Under the pieces are notes generated by a model. The model saw only the letters and a list, made by a program, of their open reading frames with translations, made no database searches and had not been told where the DNA came from. Shown one piece after another: positions 38,835 to 46,299 of a DNA stretch of 46,299 nucleotides. The position numbers and the translations under genes are program-made. Position 1 is the first letter of the stretch. Every line of letters starts with the position of its first letter. The stretch is from Octopus bimaculoides (Eukaryota), in contig NC_068998.1 of NCBI RefSeq assembly GCF_001194135.2, positions 3,826,350-3,872,648 of the forward strand. The letters are read 5' to 3'.

Positions 38835-39575
38835 GCACTAACACGTACATTGAATTATTCGGGTACAATCATGCACGCAATACATGTATATATATATATA
38901 TACATTGTAAAAATACACATTCTCCTATAATACATATACAAATGCACATAATATTATTCTCATGAATGTTTTATTTTTTGTAAAGGATTGTAAAGATATG
39001 TAGAAAGAAAACTTAGTTGTTTAAATTTTTATACTTTTACTTTAGGAAATAAAAAAAATTATTGAAACTCGTGAAATGAATAACTTAAAATACGAAGAAA
39101 TCGCAGAAATTAGTATCGATTCATAAACATAACGGCCGATATGAGTTTGCCCTTCTCACGGACGTTGTTCATCTAGGACTACGTTCACAGTCTCCAATGT
39201 AACCTTTTATTTTCAAGATGATCGGTTATAAGACATCTGGTCAACCTCTTCATATAATGTTAATCTATAGAATGTTTAATCTATTAAACATGTAGAATGG
39301 ACTTTTTATTTTAAACATTTCTAATGTCAAATAGCATATTACATATGCCAACTGCAACAGAAGACCAAGTGTTTTATAATTAATTTTATGTTCTAGGATT
39401 CTTGTTCTTTTCCAAGTAAAATTCTTCTGGATCACTGTCGTCAAAATGGCGGCTATTTTTCTTATTGACTCGTACAAATATCTTTACATTTTCACTGTTT
39501 TACCTAGGATCATCAATTTTTTTGTGAAAAATATTGAGCAAACATAAGAGGTGAGCTTTAACTGAACAAGTATTT

Positions 39576-39619
<44 letters not shown>

Positions 39620-40103
39620 NNNNNNNNNNNNNNNNNNNNNNNNNNNNNNNNNNNNNNNNNNNNNNNNNNNNNNNNNNNNNNNNNNNNNNNNNNNNNNNNN
39701 NNNNNNNNNNNNNNNNNNNNNNNNNNNNNNNNNNNNNNNNNNNNNNNNNNNNNNNNNNNNNNNNNNNNNNNNNNNNNNNNNNNNNNNNNNNNNNNNNNNN
39801 NNNNNNNNNNNNNNNNNNNNNNNNNNNNNNNNNNNNNNNNNNNNNNNNNNNNNNNNNNNNNNNNNNNNNNNNNNNNNNNNNNNNNNNNNNNNNNNNNNNN
39901 NNNNNNNNNNNNNNNNNNNNNNNNNNNNNNNNNNNNNNNNNNNNNNNNNNNNNNNNNNNNNNNNNNNNNNNNNNNNNNNNNNNNNNNNNNNNNNNNNNNN
40001 NNNNNNNNNNNNNNNNNNNNNNNNNNNNNNNNNNNNNNNNNNNNNNNNNNNNNNNNNNNNNNNNNNNNNNNNNNNNNNNNNNNNNNNNNNNNNNNNNNNN
40101 NNN

Positions 40104-40160
<57 letters not shown>

Positions 40161-40487
40161 GTCTGAAACTGTCTATGCATGTACATTTATGTGTGTAAAC
40201 ACGTACGTATAAACTTATGCTTATATATATATATGTATATATATATGTATATATAATGTATATATATGTATATGATATATTGTGTGTGTGTAAACAATTT
40301 TGATGTAAAAGAGAAATATTTAACTAACTTTAAAATGCAATATAATAATTTAATGACTTCCATCAAATTCAATTTTTTTCAAAAAAAAAACAAACTATTT
40401 TTATATTTACTGTGGTCAGGCTGGAGCAACGACTTCAAAAGATCTTACAATATTATATTTTGTCTGACAGTTATTTTTTAATTTCAG

Positions 40488-40506
40488 AAAACTTGTATAA
40501 AAACAG
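40488..40506 (+). CDS. Candidate 19-nt microexon, phase 1 to 2, (E/K)NLYKN(S/R)
   Basis: Acceptor TTATTTTTTAATTTCAG|, exon AAAACTTGTATAAAAACAG, donor CAG|GTAACC. Open when entered in phase 1; entry in phase 2 gives a stop. Confidence 0.4.
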
Positions 40507-40609
40507 GTAACCGTTTGTCGGTAATAAATATAGAAGCCATCGTTTCCCCCATTGGTTCTTATTGCCCTGTTAATATATTTATTTTATATTGTTTTTTTTT
40601 CATGTTAAA

Positions 40610-40795
40610 TTGTTGTTTAGCCCCAGGTCAACACATATTCGGCTGACTTACTATCAAATGTTTCCAAACCGCGACCATCCCATCTTTTCTTTTTCAGACA
40701 TTGTGCATCTAGGACTACAGCATGTAATAATATACCCTTTTTCGTATTTAAAAAGAGTAGTGCCTGATTTGAGCTGAGTTTAGCAGCTATCAACC
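40610..40795 (-). mobile_element. Repeat family D copy
   Basis: TTGTTGTTTAGCCCCAGGTCA...CGCGACCATCCC...TCTAGGACTACA is the reverse of the plus-strand copies. Confidence 0.7.
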
Positions 40796-40811
40796 GTAGA
40801 AAGACCATGTA

Positions 40812-41023
40812 TACCATCATCATCATTATCATCGTTATCATTATCACTATCATTATTATTATCATTATTATTATTATTATTATCATCATCATCATTATTA
40901 TTATTATATTGCTTTATGTATACTTATGTATGTACTTATTTGTGGGTGTATGCATGTATGTATGTATGTATATATATACATATATATATATATATTCATG
41001 TGTGTGTGTATATATGTATATGC

Positions 41024-41066
<43 letters not shown>

Positions 41067-41100
41067 GGTGTGTGTGTATACATGTGTACATACATACGCA
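40812..41100. repeat. (ATC/ATT)n plus TA/TG microsatellites
   Basis: Directly visible. Confidence 0.9.
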
Positions 41101-41301
41101 CATAACTGTTTCACATCTATTAATCTCTATTTCTAGGCATATACATCATTTCCTACGCCTCGCTCTCTCATAACTAACATATACACACACATACATATAA
41201 ACGTTTATAATATCTTTATGTGCTGTTGTTCACATCTTACACAGTACATATTTAGATTATATATACATACAACACACACATACACACACACACACATACA
41301 T

Positions 41302-41333
<32 letters not shown>

Positions 41334-42414
41334 CAAGAGATCGTCAAAACAGTAACATAAACACACAAAACAAAGGAAAAATGAATAAAAATAAAATCGA
41401 AAATCAAAACAAACAAAAAATGAACACCCCCCCTCCCACAAGAATAAGTGAAGACTCCACAAAAGGTAGGGGGAAAATTGATAAAATCCAGGTTTGTAAG
41501 AATTAGAAAGACAGAGATTCTGTCTTTGTGTGATTTTGGTCGAAATCACATGGAACTGTGGCATTATTATTTATTGCTCAGTAACAATGGTCAGTGCTGT
41601 AGCTGTCTTGGACAACTACTACTACCACCAACACCATCACCATCACCACCACCACTATTACTACTACTACTACTACTACTACTCGTCTTCTCTTTCCACT
41701 TTCTTCTTCCTTTTATCACCCCGCCCATCTTCTCCTCTGCCTCCTGCCCCGCCTTCCCATCATCATCATCATTATCATCATCCTCACCAATAGTCATTAA
41801 TTAGTGCAATTTTTTTTCGGTTTCAGTATTTTTCTTTTAATCATATTTACTGATTTTATTATTCTTCACACAAACACACATATCAGNNNNNNNNNNATAT
41901 ATATATATATATATATGGGGGGGTTGTGTGTGTATCAATGATTATTTTATAAAACTAACAATAAAATAAACAACAAATACAGCATCAGAAGCAGCAATAG
42001 CTACACAATTAACAAATAAACTGACTCCATAATCATCGCAACAACAACAATAATAATAATAAATATAACAACAACAACAACACTAGCTATTATTATAATT
42101 TCTTTATTAGCCGGAAGGGGCCATTGATATTTGGGGACAGTACAAAACCAACACACACACAAAAAACAAAACTGAAAAAATGCAAACAGCAACGAAATAC
42201 AAGAGAATGAGATATTAGATGGACTAAGAATAATGTAAATAACACGAGTAAGGCATGAAGATAAGGGAAAAGGGTAAAACGATTGTTTCGTGCAGAGGGA
42301 ACTGTTAAGATGTATAAGGGGTTCAGTTCTTGTTTGTAACCTTGTGTTTCTACATTCTCGCCCCTTTATCTACCTACCTACCTATCTATCTATCTATATA
42401 AAATATTCATTTTT

Positions 42415-42610
42415 TTCTTAAACAAAAATTTTATTGACAATGATTTTGAACTTTCAACCAGCTAAGCCGGCTGGCCGAAACTTCGAAGTCACTATTAATA
42501 ACATTCTTGTTTAAGAATAATTTTGTACTCTACAAAAGTAGAGTAACCCATCAGATTAATGTAACCAAACTTATGTTTATTATAACTGAACATAAAAAAC
42601 AAACATTAAA
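42415..42610. mobile_element. Palindromic non-autonomous element (MITE-like)
   Basis: 48-bp imperfect inverted arms (42415-42462 and 42470-42517) with a 7-nt loop, followed by the palindrome TACTCTACAAAAGTAGAGTA; flanked by TCTA microsatellites. Confidence 0.7.
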
Positions 42611-43088
42611 CTTAAATCTATCTATCTATCTATCTATCTCCATGCATACACAAATACACACATGTGTGTGAGTGGATGTATTTAGCTAAATAACTATCAT
42701 TTATATATATATATATATATATATATNNNNNNNNNNNNNNNNNNNNNNNNNNNNNNNNNNNNNNNNNNNNNNNNNNNNNNNNNNNNNNNNNNNNNNNNNN
42801 NNNNNNNNNNNNNNNNNNNNNNNNNNNNNNNNNNNNNNNNNNNNNNNNNNNNNNNNNNNNNNNNNNNNNNNNNNNNNNNNNNNNNNNNNNNNNNNNNNNN
42901 NNNNNNNNNNNNNNNNNNNNNNNNNNNNNNNNNNNNNNNNNNNNNNNNNNNNNNNNNNNNNNNNNNNNNNNNNNNNNNNNNNNNATAATAAGGGTAGAAA
43001 TTGATATTAATTAAATCAATATCAATTTAAACCAGTGGCCTAGCATATTGAAAAATATCTGAAGATTCAGAAAATTATATTACATTCT

Positions 43089-43323
43089 TATAAGAGGAAT
43101 GACCACTAGGTGGATTCCTAATATGCTAAAGGTAGCCGCCATATGGTCTGACCACTAAGAAAAATTATTCTCAAAATAATTCGGCAAACGCCCGAACGTA
43201 AAACGAGCAAGACAAATGAAACGCTTGCCGAATTTTCTTGAGAACAATTTTTCTTAGTGGTCAGACCATGTAGCGTCTACCTTTAGCATATTCGGAATCC
43301 ACCTAGTGGTCCTTCTTCTTATA
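43089..43323. repeat. Long fold-back inverted repeat (arms about 100 bp, loop 31 nt)
   Basis: TATAAGAGGAATGACCACTAGGTGGATTCC...TTCGGCAAACG versus CGCTTGCCGAA...GGAATCCACCTAGTGGTCCTTCTTCTTATA. Confidence 0.9.
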
Positions 43324-44063
43324 TATATTGTGTGCGTGTGTCTTCTAACACACACATACGCTAAGAAGTTATCGGATGTAGCGATGACAAAGAAAAGCTT
43401 TCATAACAGTTTGTATATAAGTACAGCTAACAGCGTAACCTTGGTGTATGTGTATGTGTCTATATGTGGTTGTATGGTTATGGTTTACTGTGCGAGATTG
43501 GTGAGGGTGTGAGTAAAAGAATGAATGAACGAGTGATAGATAGTGAGTGAATGAAGTGGGGGTGGTGAGTAATGATTGGATAGATGAGTTACAGTGAATG
43601 AATCTGTACACGATTCACAACAGATGCAAGAAATCTACGTCTAGCATCTGTGACCTGTATGGCCACACCAATAATATATATGTGTGTGTTTGCGTGTGTG
43701 TGTAGCTTCTCTTATAATGCAATGTACGGTTGAATACATATATGTGAATGTTTGTGTGTGTGTATGTATAAATGTAAAATACACACACACACACACACAC
43801 TCATACGCGCGCACTCACACACACACACACACTCATACATCACATAATTAGTGTTATCATATTCTTATTTGATGCATTACCACACAGTGTTTACAGATTT
43901 AAGAAGTACTGTGCAAAATGAGATGAGGTGGCTTTCATTCAGTTCTCTAATAAAACTCCTTTAGTTATTTTATTACATAACTGAAAAAAAGTTCAGACTT
44001 TCAGTCGGGAAGGAGTTTATGCTGGACAGAGAGGCGGCGATGGTGATGGTGATGGCTGGAGTG

Positions 44064-44097
<34 letters not shown>

Positions 44098-44252
44098 TGG
44101 TGGTGGTTGTGGTGGTAGTAATAGTAGTAGTCGTAGTAGTAGTTGTGTGAAACCAGCCGCTGCTTGGCCAGGAGGTTAACTATCTTTCACCATTTTCGTT
44201 GCCCTAGTTGTATTTTCGTTTTCCTTTTTCTTCTTCTCCTCATAAATTGATT

Positions 44253-44298
<46 letters not shown>

Positions 44299-44589
44299 GC
44301 AAAAACTTCTTGTAGGGTCACCTCCCACACCTCCACTCACACTCACACCTGGACGGAGGGAAGGTATTTATATGCATGTGTGTATGTATGTATGTATGTA
44401 TGTATGTGTTAGATGGAGAACCAATGAGATGATGTTAATTTGGCCTTCATGCCTTTTCCAATAATTTCTAAAGTTTTTGTTGTTGTTGTTATTGTTATGG
44501 TAGTGGGGGGGGGGGTTAGTGGTGGTGATTCAGAAATATATTTTTTGCCAGAGTTTTACCATCTCCAGATTTAATGGAATTTCGCTTCC

Positions 44590-45050
44590 AGGGTAAATTC
44601 AATATATTTTTCCCTTCCTATTTTCTTTCTTTCCTTCCTTCTTTTCTTTCTTTTCTCCTTTTCTTTCTTTCTATCCTTTTCTTTCTTTCTATCCTTTTCT
44701 TTCTTTCTATCCTTTTCTTTCTTTCTATCCTTTTCTTTCTTTCTATCCTTTTCTTTCTTTCTTTCTTTCTTCCCTCGTCTTTCATAATACTTTCATTTGT
44801 TCTTTCTTTGCCTCCGTTTTCCTTCCATACCTTCGTCTCTTATTATTTCTTCTTACTTTCGTTCCGTCTTTCTTATTTTCTTTCCTTTCCTTCCTTTTTT
44901 TTTTTTTTGATTCATTCATTCATTCATTCATTCTTTCATTTATCCTTTCTTCCTCTCTTTCTTTCTCAATTTTTCTTTTCACTTCTTTCGATGTACATCA
45001 TAACCTCTTTTGCTTCAGTTTTTTCTTTTCTTTTTAGAAAGTTCTAGTTT
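44590..45050. repeat. Polypyrimidine tract including an 18-bp minisatellite (CTTTCTTTCTATCCTTTT)n
   Basis: Directly visible; the unit repeats about five times at 44663-44752. Confidence 0.85.
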
Positions 45051-45077
45051 TTTTTATACTTAGAAACAACAACTTAA

Positions 45078-45286
45078 GGCCCAAAAACCAACAATTTTGA
45101 GGGGAGGGGACAAGTCAGTTGATACGATCGACTTCACTACCTGCCTGATTGGCGCCCTACATTATCAACAACAAAAGAGTGAAAAGCGAAGCTGATCTCA
45201 CAACATTTGAACTTGGAGCCTAAAGAACTGGAGCAAATAGTGCGAAGCATTTTGTTTCCGACGCTCTAACGATTGTGCCATTCCAC
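45078..45286 (-). mobile_element. SINE family B, diverged copy
   Basis: ACATTTGAACTTGG...GCATTTTGTTTCCGACGCTCTAACGATTGTGCCA resembles the other reverse-oriented family B heads. Confidence 0.6.
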
Positions 45287-46016
45287 TGAAGAGCAATCCT
45301 TCGGTATTGGTACACGACGTCATTCACCCACACTACCTTCCCTCATGGCATATATAAGAGGCTAGGATCTCACACTGACACTCTGTAGACGGGGATTTGT
45401 GTAGAATAAAAAGGGAGGTTTTGGGGGTACAAAAGGAAGTCTTGCCCTGTAGACTAATATCGAAGGATCGCCCTCAAAACAATAACAACAATACCAATGA
45501 AAATAATTGTTTCAGTGTTTTCTTTTTTTTTTTGCGCAAAGTGAGCACNNNNNNNNNNGTGTAGATTCTGTTATATGGTTTTGTTGTTGCCATTTCTACT
45601 GCTGTTGCTGCTACAACTACTACTACTACTGCTGCTACTGCTGCTGTTGTGGTTGTTGTTTTAGTAACGGAGAAAACGAAAGGAAATTAAATGAATAAAC
45701 AGAAAAAAGAAAAAAAAACCACCCGCCAATTTGTTCGGCTCAATGCTCCAGATAAAATATTTCCAAAAAATCCTGGCGACCCACCGCAAATACACACACA
45801 CGCATCAAAAAAATACAAAGTGAAAGAAAAAAAAATCTTTTTCAGTTAAGCCCCTTAGATACTTAATCATGTAAAAATATTTGTCAGTGTTAATATATTA
45901 CATAACGTTTGTCGGTTATTTTCTTCGTTGAGTCAGTCACTTGTGTGCACATACACACACGCATATATATACTCATGCGTACACTGCATATACGGGTGTA
46001 GATGTGTGTATGTATA

Positions 46017-46055
<39 letters not shown>

Positions 46056-46276
46056 CACGTACGCTTCGTCACTCTATGTTACATAGTTGAAACGGAAACA
46101 TTAAACCTACCTGGATTCTTAAAATCCCATTAGACGTGTGTAAACTCTGATATATATATTTTTGTTGTTGTTGCCACTACTACTACTGCTACTACTACTA
46201 CTACTTTTGTTGTTGTTGTGGTTGTTGTTTTAGTTATGGATAATGTATAAACGAAACATTGCTACTTATGTTCCAG

Positions 46277-46279
46277 CCA
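46277..46279 (+). CDS. Weak candidate 3-nt microexon CCA
   Basis: TTGCTACTTATGTTCCAG|CCA|GTAAGT with UGC at 46260-46262; the pyrimidine tract is modest. Confidence 0.2.
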
Positions 46280-46299
46280 GTAAGTTTTCATGTTTATAT

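Noticed and set aside
39046-39126. Acceptor followed by EIKKIIETREMNNLKYEEIAEISIDS*, reminiscent of a sigma-factor region 4 YEEIAEI motif
   Set aside because: Only 26 codons of A-rich sequence, weak donor (TA|GTATCG), phase 0 entry and no bacterial context; most likely chance.
43059-43073. CUGAAGA-UUCA-GAAA hammerhead-like core
   Set aside because: No stem II and no stem I pairing can be formed.

Overview
AT-rich, microsatellite-dense eukaryotic genomic DNA with about 5 kb of N gaps, most of them next to (TA)n/(CA)n tracts. The repeat content looks like a coleoid cephalopod, probably Octopus (inference from sequence style; no search was run). No long ORF or recognisable cellular protein domain is present, and nearly all ORFs in the track are microsatellite or N-gap artefacts. 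The best-supported reading is the 5' part of one large plus-strand gene of unknown identity, with most of the window intronic. The main observation is a dispersed set of short ATG-initiated candidate exons that each end at a GT donor in phase 1 (8708-8822, 15005-15050, 19902-20208, 31578-31590, 31731-31749). A phase-2 ATG exon ends at 34548 and is brought into phase 1 by a candidate 2-nt AG microexon at 35024-35025. A candidate 19-nt microexon at 40488-40506 is open in phase 1 for all of them. This suggests variable first exons plus microexons, but it rests on splice motifs only and needs RNA-seq. Introns carry at least four SINE-like families, hAT and Tc1/mariner-type MITEs, palindromic elements, a Hero-like LINE 3' remnant with hammerhead-like core motifs, and long fold-back repeats.
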